A stretch of DNA of 64,000 bases from an uncultured Ignavibacteriales bacterium (GTDB taxonomy: Bacteria; Zixibacteria; MSB-5A5; GN15; FEB-12), in contig CAZJCK010000002.1 of the NCBI GenBank assembly GCA_964544635.1, forward strand, positions 29,388 through 93,387. The letters are read 5' to 3'. The notes under the pieces were generated by a model. The model saw nothing but the letters and a program-made list of their open reading frames with translations. It had not been told where the DNA came from and did not search any database. Positions 54,321-63,392 of the stretch are shown here, piece by piece (within the stretch, counting starts at the first letter, position 1; each line of letters starts with the position of its first letter). The translations under genes and the position numbers were made by a program.

Positions 54321-54431
54321 TTGACAAGATGAACTTCGTTCGTCCCCGGTTGTTGGCTACAATACATGAGAGTTTCAACACCACCGCCCGCACAGCTGGC
54401 TCCCGGCGTGCCGCCGCCCCCGTCACCAGTC

Positions 54432-54767
54432 ATGGTGTGGGATGGCGAGTGCGATTTCTGCCGGCGCTGGATCGAGCGCTGGCAGCGCTGGACCGGCGGA
54501 AAAATAGAATTCGAAACGTATCAGCAGGTCGGCAGTCGCTACGCCCCGCTGGGTCCGGATGAGTACCGCCAGGCTGTCTTCCTGATCGAATCGGACGGAA
54601 AAATAACGCGGGCGGCCGAGGCGGTCTTTCGCTCGCTCTGGATGGCCGGCAGCTTCCAGTGGCCATACAACCTGTACCGCAGTATGCCGTGGTTCGAGCG
54701 CGCCTCGGAGTTGGTCTATCGCTGGGTTGCCCGCAACCGCGACCGCCTGGTACGCTGGGGCTTTTGA
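54432..54767 (+). CDS. Thiol-disulfide oxidoreductase DCC family protein (DUF393)
   Basis: MVWDGECDFCRRWIERW matches the DCC motif. I chose the ATG at 54432 over the Pro-rich extension from 54366. Confidence 0.7.
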   Translation: MVWDGECDFCRRWIERWQRWTGGKIEFETYQQVGSRYAPLGPDEYRQAVFLIESDGKITRAAEAVFRSLWMAGSFQWPYNLYRSMPWFERASELVYRWVARNRDRLVRWGF

Positions 54768-55775
54768 TCAGCGCTCCTCAAGCAAGGCATCATCGATAAT
54801 AATAACGGCCGCGCCGGTGAAATTGCCCGCGCGCAGATCGTCCAGCGCCTCGTTGGCCTTCTCCAGCGGATAGGGCGTTATTTCGGTCTCTACCGGCACC
54901 TCCGGGGCGAGCTCGAGGAATTCCTCGCCGTCGGTTCGTGTCAGGTTCGCAACTGAGCGAATTACCCGTTCTTCCCAGAGGATTTCGTATGGAAATGATG
55001 GTATGTCACTCATGTGGATGCCGGCACACACGACTGTCGAACCTTTGTCGACCGCCTTCAGGGCGGCCGGCACCAGTTCGCCGACCGGTGCAAAGATAAT
55101 CGCTCCGTCCAGCTTTTCGGGTGGCTGCACTTTGGAGCTGCCGGCCCAGACAGCGCCCAGTTTCCTGGCAAACGCTTGCGCCTCGGTATCGCCCTCGCGG
55201 GTAAAGGCGTAAACCTCCTGTCCCTGGTGTCGTGCCACCTGGATGATAATATGGGCGGCCGCGCCGAAACCGTACAGTCCCAGGCGAGGCGAGTCGCCTG
55301 CCATCCGCAGCGACCGGTAGCCAATCAGCCCGGCGCACAACAGCGGAGCCGCCTGCAAGTCGGGGTAGCCGTTTGGGATGTCGAAGCAAAAGTCGGCGTT
55401 GGCCAGGCAATAATCGGCGAAGCCACCGTCAATCTGGTACCCGGTATACCGGGCATGATCGCACAGATTTTCGCGACCCGACCGGCAGAATTTACATTCA
55501 CCGCAGGAGCCACCGAGCCAGGGGAGGCCGACCCGGTCGCCATTGGAGAATCGTTCCGCGCCGGCGCCGACAGCGTCGACCCGGCCAACCACCTGGTGAC
55601 CCGGAATGATCGGCAGTTTCGGCTCCTTGAGATCACCGTCGACGACATGCAGATCGGTCCGGCAAAGACCACAGGCGGCAACTTTGATCCGTACCTGGCC
55701 GCTTTTCGGATCGGGTATCTCGACTTCCCGAAAGGCAAGCCTCTCCCCCGGTTTATCCAATAACATCGCTCTCAC
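54768..55775 (-). CDS. Zinc-dependent alcohol dehydrogenase (MDR family)
   Basis: GLCRTDLHVVDG...PGHQVVGRV and the structural-zinc Cys cluster CGECKFCRSGRENLC. Confidence 0.88.
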   Translation of the reverse strand: MRAMLLDKPGERLAFREVEIPDPKSGQVRIKVAACGLCRTDLHVVDGDLKEPKLPIIPGHQVVGRVDAVGAGAERFSNGDRVGLPWLGGSCGECKFCRSGRENLCDHARYTGYQIDGGFADYCLANADFCFDIPNGYPDLQAAPLLCAGLIGYRSLRMAGDSPRLGLYGFGAAAHIIIQVARHQGQEVYAFTREGDTEAQAFARKLGAVWAGSSKVQPPEKLDGAIIFAPVGELVPAALKAVDKGSTVVCAGIHMSDIPSFPYEILWEERVIRSVANLTRTDGEEFLELAPEVPVETEITPYPLEKANEALDDLRAGNFTGAAVIIIDDALLEER

Positions 55776-55977
55776 AGCAGCACCTCACTTTGTCCCGCAA
55801 TGTAACAAGAACTCGACAAGCTACCAAGGGGAGGCGGCATGTTCTGTAGTTAAACAATTAGACCTCTGATAACGAATTAGGACTTGATTCGTATCAATTC
55901 CGACTCCCGAAGATTAAGGCTGTGTCGACAATGGCAATAACGAAAATTTCACTGCCAATGCCACCAAAGGGGATGAC

Positions 55978-58101
55978 ATGCAACTGAACCTCAAGCTCGG
56001 CCACAAGCTTATGGCCCTGGTTGCCATCGTACTGATCGTCTCAGTCGCCGGTGTCGCCACGGTCAGCGTGCTGCAGTCGGACAAACACCTCACCGATCTG
56101 GCCAAGACCGACCTTGAACATCTCGCCCGAATGTCCAAAAAGATCTGCGAAATGAACGCCACCGAACGGTTGGAAAAGGTCAAGTCCGATCTCGGCGCAA
56201 CCCTCGAGATCTTCCATGATCGCGGCGGCGATGCCGTTGTCATCGAGGACGGTAAGATGATCATGGACGCCGACGGTGACCGCTGGGAGCTCAACGACGA
56301 CACCACGCTGGTGGACCGTATCACCAGCCTGACCGGCGCCTACTGCACGATCTTCCAGAAAGATGGTACCAGCGCCCGGCGGATCGCCACCAGTGTGGTG
56401 AAGGAAGACGGCAAACGGGCTGTCGGAACCTATATATCCGACGCCGTCTATCAGCGGGTGTTCCTTGAAGGAAAGGACTTCTTCGGCCGAGCCTGGGTGG
56501 TCAATGCCTGGTATGTCACGGCATATGTCCCGATCCGCGATATCCACGGTGAGGTTGTCGGCTCATACTTTGTCGGTGTACCGGAACGGTCGAACAATCT
56601 GCGCAATGCGCTTCTGTCCCAGACAGTCGGTGAGACCGGCTACGCCTACACCATCAACTCCAAGGGCATACTGCAGATTCACCCGGCCAGTGAAGGCGCC
56701 GATATAAGCAACTACGACTTCATCAAAGAAATGATCACCAAGGGCCCGAAGCTGGGCGAAGATGACGTCGGCTGGATCGTCTATCCGTGGAAGAACCCGG
56801 GCGATCCACATGAGCGCGAAAAAATCACGGCCTATATGTACCTTGAGGAATGGGACTGGGTGATTGCCGTAGGCAGCTATCTGGAGGAGTTCACGGCGCC
56901 CGTTGCGTCGGTCCGCAACAACATACTGATAATCGGTGTCATCTGCCTCTTGATCGGCCTCGCGCTGGCCTGGGGATTGAGCCGCAAAATCACCGGTCCG
57001 ATCCAGCAGATTGTCACCGCCGCCAAACGCATCTCGGGCGGCGATGTCAATACAACAGTGAATATAAAGTCCCGCGACGAAATTGGCGAACTGGCGACGA
57101 CCTTTAATGAAATGACGGCGTACCTGAAGGAAGCCGCCGGCGCCGCCGAGTCGATCGCCCGCAATGACCTGACTGTCCGCATAACGCCACGCTCCGAGAG
57201 CGATACCTTTGGTCAAGCCTTCAAGACAATGATCGACAACCTGTCGCATGTCGTCATGTCGCTCTCGGACAACGCCCGCGACCTGGCCTCGGCAGCGGCC
57301 GAAGTAGCGTCTTCCTCGGAGCAGATGTCGCGCGGCGCCAGCCAGCAATCATCACAGGTAGAGCAGGTCTCGACCGCCATGCACGAAATGTCGTCGACCA
57401 TCACCGAATCCTCGCAGAATGCCGGGCAGGCAACCGACGCCAGCCAGAATGCTTCGCAGTATGCCGGTGAAGGCGGCCAGATTGTCGAGCAGACGATCCA
57501 GGGGATGCAGCGCATCGCCGAGGTCGTCCGTGAATCATCTGAAAGCATCGGCGAGCTGTCGAAGTCGGCCGAGAAGATTGGCGAGATCATCGTGGTCATC
57601 GACGATATCGCCGACCAGACCAACCTGCTGGCGCTCAACGCCGCCATCGAAGCCGCCCGCGCCGGTGAGCAGGGCCGCGGCTTTGCCGTCGTTGCCGACG
57701 AAGTCCGCAAACTGGCCGAACGCACGGCTCGCGCCACCGGAGAAATTACCAGCATGATCACGGCGGTGCAGGAAAAAACCAACTCGTCGGTCAGCTCCAT
57801 GCAGCGCGGCATCGATGAGGTTGACGGCGGACGCAAGCTGGCTGACTCCGCCGGCGCCAGCCTGAATCAGATTGTCACCGTATCGGAGCAACTGCTCGAC
57901 ATGATGCGGCAGATCGCCTCGGCTACCGAGGAACAGTCGGTCACCGCCGAACAGATTGGCAAGTCGATCACCGAGATTGCCAATGTGACGCAGGAATCGG
58001 CTGCCGGCGCCCAGCAGGCTGCCCAGGCCGCCGAAGGACTGAATCGCCAGGCCGAATCCCTCAAGGAGATCGTCTCCCAGTTCCGCCTGAGCAACGCCTG
58101 A
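55978..58101 (+). CDS. Methyl-accepting chemotaxis protein with Cache-type periplasmic sensor, HAMP and MA domains
   Basis: Two TM helices flank a roughly 290-aa domain with Cache-like motifs ([33 protein letters not shown]). HAMP is indicated by [13 protein letters not shown]. The conserved signalling hairpin is [40 protein letters not shown]. Confidence 0.9.
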   Translation: MQLNLKLGHKLMALVAIVLIVSVAGVATVSVLQSDKHLTDLAKTDLEHLARMSKKICEMNATERLEKVKSDLGATLEIFHDRGGDAVVIEDGKMIMDADGDRWELNDDTTLVDRITSLTGAYCTIFQKDGTSARRIATSVVKEDGKRAVGTYISDAVYQRVFLEGKDFFGRAWVVNAWYVTAYVPIRDIHGEVVGSYFVGVPERSNNLRNALLSQTVGETGYAYTINSKGILQIHPASEGADISNYDFIKEMITKGPKLGEDDVGWIVYPWKNPGDPHEREKITAYMYLEEWDWVIAVGSYLEEFTAPVASVRNNILIIGVICLLIGLALAWGLSRKITGPIQQIVTAAKRISGGDVNTTVNIKSRDEIGELATTFNEMTAYLKEAAGAAESIARNDLTVRITPRSESDTFGQAFKTMIDNLSHVVMSLSDNARDLASAAAEVASSSEQMSRGASQQSSQVEQVSTAMHEMSSTITESSQNAGQATDASQNASQYAGEGGQIVEQTIQGMQRIAEVVRESSESIGELSKSAEKIGEIIVVIDDIADQTNLLALNAAIEAARAGEQGRGFAVVADEVRKLAERTARATGEITSMITAVQEKTNSSVSSMQRGIDEVDGGRKLADSAGASLNQIVTVSEQLLDMMRQIASATEEQSVTAEQIGKSITEIANVTQESAAGAQQAAQAAEGLNRQAESLKEIVSQFRLSNA

Positions 58102-58127
58102 CAACAGCCTCATCTTTCTAATCTCGC

Positions 58128-58161
58128 GAGCCGGAGAACCGACGTTCTTCGGCTCTTTTTT
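58128..58161 (+). terminator. Rho-independent terminator after the MCP gene
   Basis: GAGCCGGAGAAC-cgac-GTTCTTCGGCTC followed by TTTTTT. Confidence 0.8.
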
Positions 58162-58165
58162 GTCC

Positions 58166-58193
58166 TTGACCTAATAGTATTACTTTGTATTAT
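58166..58193 (+). promoter_or_regulatory. Candidate sigma70 promoter (TTGACC-16 nt-TATTAT) with embedded palindrome TAATAGTATTA and a GTATTA direct repeat at 10-bp phase
   Basis: TTGACC at 58166-58171 and TATTAT at 58188-58193. The palindrome is at 58172-58182, and GTATTA occurs at 58177-58182 and 58187-58192. Confidence 0.45.
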
Positions 58194-58223
58194 GACTACC
58201 GAAATGACAGGAGAACACATGAT

Positions 58224-58484
58224 ATGAAAAAGAAGTCTGAGATAGTCACGTTCAAGGCCGACGCCAGCCTTATGGAGGCGCTGCAGGGTGTGGAGAATCG
58301 CTCCAGTTTCATCCGGGCGGCAGTGCTGGCGGCGCTCGACTCGACCTGCCCGCTGTGCAAAGGGTCGGGAATCCTCACACCGAATCAGCGCAAACACTGG
58401 AACGAGTTCAGCCATACCCACTCCATCCGCGAGTGTACCGACTGCAACGAGTTCCATTTGGTGTGTAATGATGACGAAGCTTGA
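58224..58484 (+). CDS. Small ribbon-helix-helix (CopG/NikR-like) protein with C-terminal Cys/His-rich zinc-ribbon-like tail; candidate metal-responsive regulator of the znu-like operon
   Basis: ATG at 58224 with a GGAGAA SD. MKKKSEIVTFKADASLMEALQGVENRSSFIRAAVLAAL fits a beta-strand plus two helices. The tail is CPLCKGSG...HWNEFSHTHSIRECTDCNEFHLVC. The 3' end overlaps the znuA start. Confidence 0.6.
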   Translation: MKKKSEIVTFKADASLMEALQGVENRSSFIRAAVLAALDSTCPLCKGSGILTPNQRKHWNEFSHTHSIRECTDCNEFHLVCNDDEA

Positions 58485-59376
58485 GCCACGTATGCGCCTC
58501 GCTGTCGGAGTCGTGTTCATACTCTGCCTGTGCTCGATTGTGACGGTCCAAGGCGCGGAGGTCAGGGTGACGGTGCCGATTGCGCCGTACGGCTGGATGC
58601 TTGGCGAACTGACCGGCGATACGGCGGCGGTCTCGGTGCTGATCCCGCCCGGCCAGTCGCCGCACACCTTTGATCCGACCCCACGGCAGATCGTACGGCT
58701 CGGGCAATCCGACCTTTATTTCTGGATCGGCCTGCCGTTTGAAGAAAAGTTGCGGCCGATGCTCGAGGAGCAGTTTTCAAACCTTCGCATAGTCGATCTG
58801 CGGCAGGGGATCACGCTGAATCAGGCCGCGGCCCACCATGATGATGATGGCGCCAGTCGCGACGTCCACGCCGAGTCGATCGATCCCCATATCTGGATGT
58901 CGCCGCAACGGTTGCGCCGGCAGGCAGCGACCGCGTGCCAGGCCCTCGTCGACGCCTCTCCTGCCGACAGCATGCGGTTTCATGACAACCGTCGACGTGT
59001 ACAGGCGCAACTCGATTCGCTGGATGCGTTCATACGGCAGCAACTGAGCAATCTACCGCACCGCACATTCTTCATACATCATCCGGCTCTCGGCTACCTG
59101 GCGGCCGATTATAATCTGACGCAGCGGTCTATTGAGTTTGAAGGTAAGGCGCCCACCGCCGGCATGCTGGCGGAACAGTTGCAGGGACTGACCGGCGATT
59201 CGACCAACACCCTGTTCATGGATCGCCAGAATGCGGGTCGCCAGATCCGGGACATGATGGAATCGCTGGGTATTCGAGTGGCTGCCATTGATCCGCTGGC
59301 CGGTAATTATATCGACAACATGCGTCGCATTACGGTCGAACTGCGGCGAGCGCTCTCGGCGGGGGAGGCAGAGTAG
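58468..59376 (+). CDS. znuA: Metal ABC transporter substrate-binding protein (ZnuA/TroA cluster A-I family)
   Basis: Signal peptide from the ATG at 58468. SPHTFDPTPRQ, DPHIWMSP and a short His/Asp loop (AAHHDDDGASRDVHAE). Confidence 0.8.
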   Translation: MMTKLEPRMRLAVGVVFILCLCSIVTVQGAEVRVTVPIAPYGWMLGELTGDTAAVSVLIPPGQSPHTFDPTPRQIVRLGQSDLYFWIGLPFEEKLRPMLEEQFSNLRIVDLRQGITLNQAAAHHDDDGASRDVHAESIDPHIWMSPQRLRRQAATACQALVDASPADSMRFHDNRRRVQAQLDSLDAFIRQQLSNLPHRTFFIHHPALGYLAADYNLTQRSIEFEGKAPTAGMLAEQLQGLTGDSTNTLFMDRQNAGRQIRDMMESLGIRVAAIDPLAGNYIDNMRRITVELRRALSAGEAE

Positions 59377-59381
59377 CAGCT

Positions 59382-60155
59382 ATGGCCGACCAGAAGACTT
59401 CAGGTCAGTCCGACGCCATGGTACTGCTGGACCGGGTATCGTTTTCGTACAACGACGAACCGGTGCTGACCGATGTGTCGTTGCGGGTGCAGCCACAGGA
59501 GTTCATCTGGATTGTCGGCCCCAACGGCGGTGGCAAGACTACCATGATGAAGCTGATCCTCGGACTGATAAGACCGCAGGCCGGTGAGATCCAGGTAATG
59601 GGCCGCGCGCCGTCGGAGGTACGTGCCGACATCGGCTACATGCCGCAATCAGTCGAACTTGACAGCCAGTTTCCCATCACCGTACTCGACATGGTGCTGC
59701 TTGGCCGCCTGCGTCCCGGTTTTCTGCCCCGCCTCTACCGGACAATCGATCGCGAGGCGGCGATGCAGGCGCTTGAGACGGTCGGCCTCGCCAACCGTGC
59801 CCGCGATCCGCTGCGGGAATTGTCCGGCGGCCAGCACCGTCGCATCCTCATCGCCCGTGCCCTCGCCTCGCAACCGAAACTGCTGCTGCTCGATGAACCA
59901 ACCGCCAACCTGGATGTGGAGGCGGAGCGAGAGTTGCATGATGTCATGCAGAAACTGACCGAAAATGTCACCGTCATTATGGTATCGCACGATCCCGCGT
60001 TCGCGTCGGATTTCGTCGAGCAGGTGGTGTGTGTCAACCGCACGGTCGGCATCCACCCGACCAGCACACTGAAGGAAGGCTCCCTCGATGAATTGTGGGG
60101 GGGCGGTCGCCGGATTATCCGCCACGACCAGCATATGCCGGACGGAGAAGGTTGA
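59382..60155 (+). CDS. znuC: Metal ABC transporter ATP-binding protein (ZnuC-like)
   Basis: GPNGGGKTT, LSGGQHRRILIARAL, LLLDEPTANLD. Confidence 0.85.
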   Translation: MADQKTSGQSDAMVLLDRVSFSYNDEPVLTDVSLRVQPQEFIWIVGPNGGGKTTMMKLILGLIRPQAGEIQVMGRAPSEVRADIGYMPQSVELDSQFPITVLDMVLLGRLRPGFLPRLYRTIDREAAMQALETVGLANRARDPLRELSGGQHRRILIARALASQPKLLLLDEPTANLDVEAERELHDVMQKLTENVTVIMVSHDPAFASDFVEQVVCVNRTVGIHPTSTLKEGSLDELWGGGRRIIRHDQHMPDGEG

Positions 60156-60991
60156 TGGAGTTTTTCGACGCCCTGTTCGAGCATGCCTTCCTGCAGCGAG
60201 CGGTATTGGCCGGGCTGTTGACCTCGATCGCCTGCGGCGTAATCGGAACGTGGGTAGTCTCGCGTCGGATCAGCTACCTGGCCGGGGGAGTCTCGCACTC
60301 GCTGCTGGGTGGTATCGGGGTGGCGCACTACCTGGCGGTTGCAGCCGGCCTGGCCTTCATACGGCCGATGTACGGCGCTATCGTCTTTGCCGTCGCGGCG
60401 GCAGTATTGATCGGCTTCGTTTCGCTGCGCATGCACCAGCGCGAAGATACGTTGATCAGCGCCTTGTGGGCGGTCGGTATGGCGATCGGCGTCATCTTTA
60501 TGTACCAGACCCCCGGTTACGCTCAGGACCTGATGACTTACCTGTTCGGCAACATCCTGCTGGTATCGTCGAGCGACCTGCAGTTAATCGCCATTCTCGA
60601 CGCTTTCATACTCCTCGCCGGTGTGCTCTATTTCAATAAGTTCCTGGCAGTCTGCTTCGACCAGCCGTTCGCCCGTTCGCGCGGCGTACACGTTGAGTTC
60701 TACTATATCTTCCTGCTGGTGCTGGTTGGACTGACGGTCGTGCTGCTGGTCGAGGTGGTGGGCATCATCATGGTGATCGCACTGATAACACTCCCGGCCG
60801 CAATCGCCGGCATGTTTGCCATGCGGCTGGGCCAGATGATGCTCTGGGCAAGCATCCTGGCTATGCTGTTTACGTTCGTCGGCCTGTTCGTCAGCTACAC
60901 CCCAAATCTACCGGCCGGCGCCACTATAATACTGGTCACCGGCGTCGGCTACCTGCTGGCGATGATCATCCGCTCCCTGCGGCCGCAATAA
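60155..60991 (+). CDS. znuB: Metal ABC transporter permease (ZnuB-like, ABC-3 family)
   Basis: The ATG at 60155 overlaps the znuC stop (TGATG). MEFFDALFEHAFLQRAVLAGLL and about 8 TM helices. Confidence 0.85.
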   Translation: MEFFDALFEHAFLQRAVLAGLLTSIACGVIGTWVVSRRISYLAGGVSHSLLGGIGVAHYLAVAAGLAFIRPMYGAIVFAVAAAVLIGFVSLRMHQREDTLISALWAVGMAIGVIFMYQTPGYAQDLMTYLFGNILLVSSSDLQLIAILDAFILLAGVLYFNKFLAVCFDQPFARSRGVHVEFYYIFLLVLVGLTVVLLVEVVGIIMVIALITLPAAIAGMFAMRLGQMMLWASILAMLFTFVGLFVSYTPNLPAGATIILVTGVGYLLAMIIRSLRPQ

Positions 60992-60994
60992 GAA

Positions 60995-61019
60995 AAGGCC
61001 GGTCGAATCAACCGGCCTT
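60995..61019. terminator. Hairpin between convergent znuB and the redoxin gene (bidirectional terminator candidate)
   Basis: AAGGCCGGT-cgaatca-ACCGGCCTT, flanked by A/T-rich sequence on both sides. Confidence 0.6.
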
Positions 61020-61046
61020 ATAATTATATTCCAGGACTCTCCGGCA

Positions 61047-61838
61047 TCATTCCCAGGCGAGCTTCTGAATTTCTTCCACCACCTGCGCCGGTTCGGCGCG
61101 CTTGCGGTAGTCGGGATCGATATACGCCCATGTAATCGTGCTGTCGGTATCAATGACATACGTCACCGCCAGCGGCAACTGGGTCGCGTAGGCCTCGGTA
61201 TTGTAAGCGCCAAGACGACCCTTGAATCGGTCGCCAAGTTCTCCAGGAAGCTCGTAGGCTACACCGTACTGCTTTGCAACCTCGTTGCCGACGTCACTGA
61301 GTACGATGTACCCAAGTTCATTCTGCTCCTGGGTCGACAGGGCGCTGTCGGGCAGTTCGGGTGAGATGGCGACGAGGCTGGCATTGGCTTCGTCAAAATA
61401 CGGAAGTACATGCTCCATCGCTTTCAGTTGCATGTTGCAGTAAGGGCACCAGCCGCCACGATACCACATGACCACCACCGGACCGTCGGCCAAAAGATCG
61501 GCCAGCGCGACCGAGTCGCCGTTGGCTTCCGGCAGTACGAACATGGGCGCAGTCTGCCCCGCTGTCAGGGCGGTCTGCATGACTTCAGAGGCAGCGACAT
61601 CGCGCACTCCCTGCTCGAACAAGTCGATCGTCTCCTGTGAGGCCGATTCCGTGAACTGCTGCTTGCGTTCATCGAGCGCTTTCTGCAGCGACGGTATGGA
61701 GTCGGCTGCCATCTGGTCGGTCATCGGTTCGGAATCGGTTTTCTGCGCGGTCTGTTGATCTCCGGTGCAGCCGATGACGGCAATCACCAGGAACAGGGCA
61801 ACGGCGGCTGTCAGAATGCGAAAACGGGTTACTTCCAT
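61047..61838 (-). CDS. Thioredoxin-fold redoxin (AhpC/TSA-like) lipoprotein
   Basis: Lipobox LVIAVIGC. Redox motif YRGGWCPYCNMQL. Confidence 0.75.
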   Translation of the reverse strand: MEVTRFRILTAAVALFLVIAVIGCTGDQQTAQKTDSEPMTDQMAADSIPSLQKALDERKQQFTESASQETIDLFEQGVRDVAASEVMQTALTAGQTAPMFVLPEANGDSVALADLLADGPVVVMWYRGGWCPYCNMQLKAMEHVLPYFDEANASLVAISPELPDSALSTQEQNELGYIVLSDVGNEVAKQYGVAYELPGELGDRFKGRLGAYNTEAYATQLPLAVTYVIDTDSTITWAYIDPDYRKRAEPAQVVEEIQKLAWE

Positions 61839-61853
61839 GACGTATTCTTCCCT

Positions 61854-62855
61854 CTATCGAATGAATGTGAGTAATTCGCGGTGAAATCGGTCGGTCGCTT
61901 CAAAATGCGGGATGTGACCGACATTGTCCATCTCAATCAGGGTGGCATCGTGAATCGCTTCGGCGGTTCGTTTGCCGAGCTGCGGGTACTGCCCGAGGGT
62001 CGCCAGCACGTCGTCGGGCACCTGGCCGCGCCCCAGCGTGGTCCGATCCTGCTGACCAATGACCAGCAACACCGGCATGCGCAAGTGCTCGAACTCGTAG
62101 CAAACCGGCTGGGTATAGACCATTTCGAAAGTCAGCGCCGAGGCCATCGCCAATCTCGGATACTCCCCGGACAGCGTCCAGCGGTAGTGCACCATGACAT
62201 ATTCGTCGTAGGCGTCCATCCATTCCACATAGTATGTCTTGTGATAGGCCCGCAGCCCCGCCTGGGTATAATTGAGGATATTCTGATATGCCTGTTCGAT
62301 GGGTGTATACGGTACTTTCAAACGGTAATCTTCAAGCCCGATCGGATTTTCCAGTACCAGTTTTTGCGTTCGTTCGGGATACATCAGGGCAAAGCGGGTC
62401 GCCAGCATGCCGCCCATGGAGTGACCGACCACCACGACACCGTCGACAGCAAGCGAATCCAGCAGCATGGCGGTGTTCTGCGCCAGCCGATGGAAGCTGT
62501 AGTGGAGCGGTGGCTTGCTCGATTTACCGAAACCGATCTGGTCGGGTACGATGACGCGAAAGCCGTTGTCGGCCAGAAACCGAATAGTCTCGGCCCAGTA
62601 GGCGCCGAAGAAGTTTTTGCCGTGCATCAGGAGCACGGTCAGGCCGATCGGTTGGTTGTTCGGGGCCACGTCCATGTAGGCCATACGGACATCATGTCCC
62701 TCGATAGTGAAGTGCAGGTAATCGACCGGGTAGGGGTAGTCGTAGTTTTCCATGGCGATGCCCAGCGGCTCGACATGATTGCGGGTATCCGCGACAGCAG
62801 TACAGACGGCTGCCATTAATAGTACAGTAGTGATGGCTCGAACAATTCGCATCAA
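61854..62855 (-). CDS. Secreted alpha/beta hydrolase
   Basis: Signal peptide. LLMHGKNF and the GHSMGGMLA nucleophile elbow. Confidence 0.8.
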   Translation of the reverse strand: MMRIVRAITTVLLMAAVCTAVADTRNHVEPLGIAMENYDYPYPVDYLHFTIEGHDVRMAYMDVAPNNQPIGLTVLLMHGKNFFGAYWAETIRFLADNGFRVIVPDQIGFGKSSKPPLHYSFHRLAQNTAMLLDSLAVDGVVVVGHSMGGMLATRFALMYPERTQKLVLENPIGLEDYRLKVPYTPIEQAYQNILNYTQAGLRAYHKTYYVEWMDAYDEYVMVHYRWTLSGEYPRLAMASALTFEMVYTQPVCYEFEHLRMPVLLVIGQQDRTTLGRGQVPDDVLATLGQYPQLGKRTAEAIHDATLIEMDNVGHIPHFEATDRFHRELLTFIR

Positions 62856-62956
62856 TCTCCCTCTGATTCAATGTGGCAAGCGCAGCTTGGAGTACTGTTG
62901 AAATGTCGAAGCGACTGGATTGGTTCCGGATTGGTAAGGAACAACGGAGAATGACG

Positions 62957-63148
62957 TCAGCGGCGCGCCCCCAGCAGCCGGGCAGGCAACATGAACACGG
63001 CGCGCAGGAACTCCAGCAGACCGTCGACGGCAAATCCCAAAACCCGGAACGGCAGCGACAGCAGCCAGATGAACGGATACAGCAGCAGCGCCGCCAGCGC
63101 AATCGGCCAGCAGAGCACAAAAAGTATGAGCCAGAGAACGAAGGTCAT
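62957..63148 (-). CDS. Small two-TM membrane protein (63 aa)
   Basis: MTFVLWLILFVLCWPIALAALLLYPFIWLL... with an AGGA SD about 8 nt upstream. Short, so uncertain. Confidence 0.4.
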   Translation of the reverse strand: MTFVLWLILFVLCWPIALAALLLYPFIWLLSLPFRVLGFAVDGLLEFLRAVFMLPARLLGARR

Positions 63149-63392
63149 GTTAGCATCCTGTTTTGATCTTCAACTTGTCTACGCAGCAGGGCCGGCCGTA
63201 GTTCCGCGAAACGTCATTTTTCTGTCATGATGGTCAATTTCCTGTATTTTAGAGGCTGTCTACGTGTCTTAATACCAGAAGGACGTGAGAAACATCGATC
63301 GCAAAGGACAGCGATCACAATGGTACTTACCATACCGCTAAAGAGAACGTAAATCGTCAATTTTCAACATTTTAAGCTTAGTGGAGGATCTC

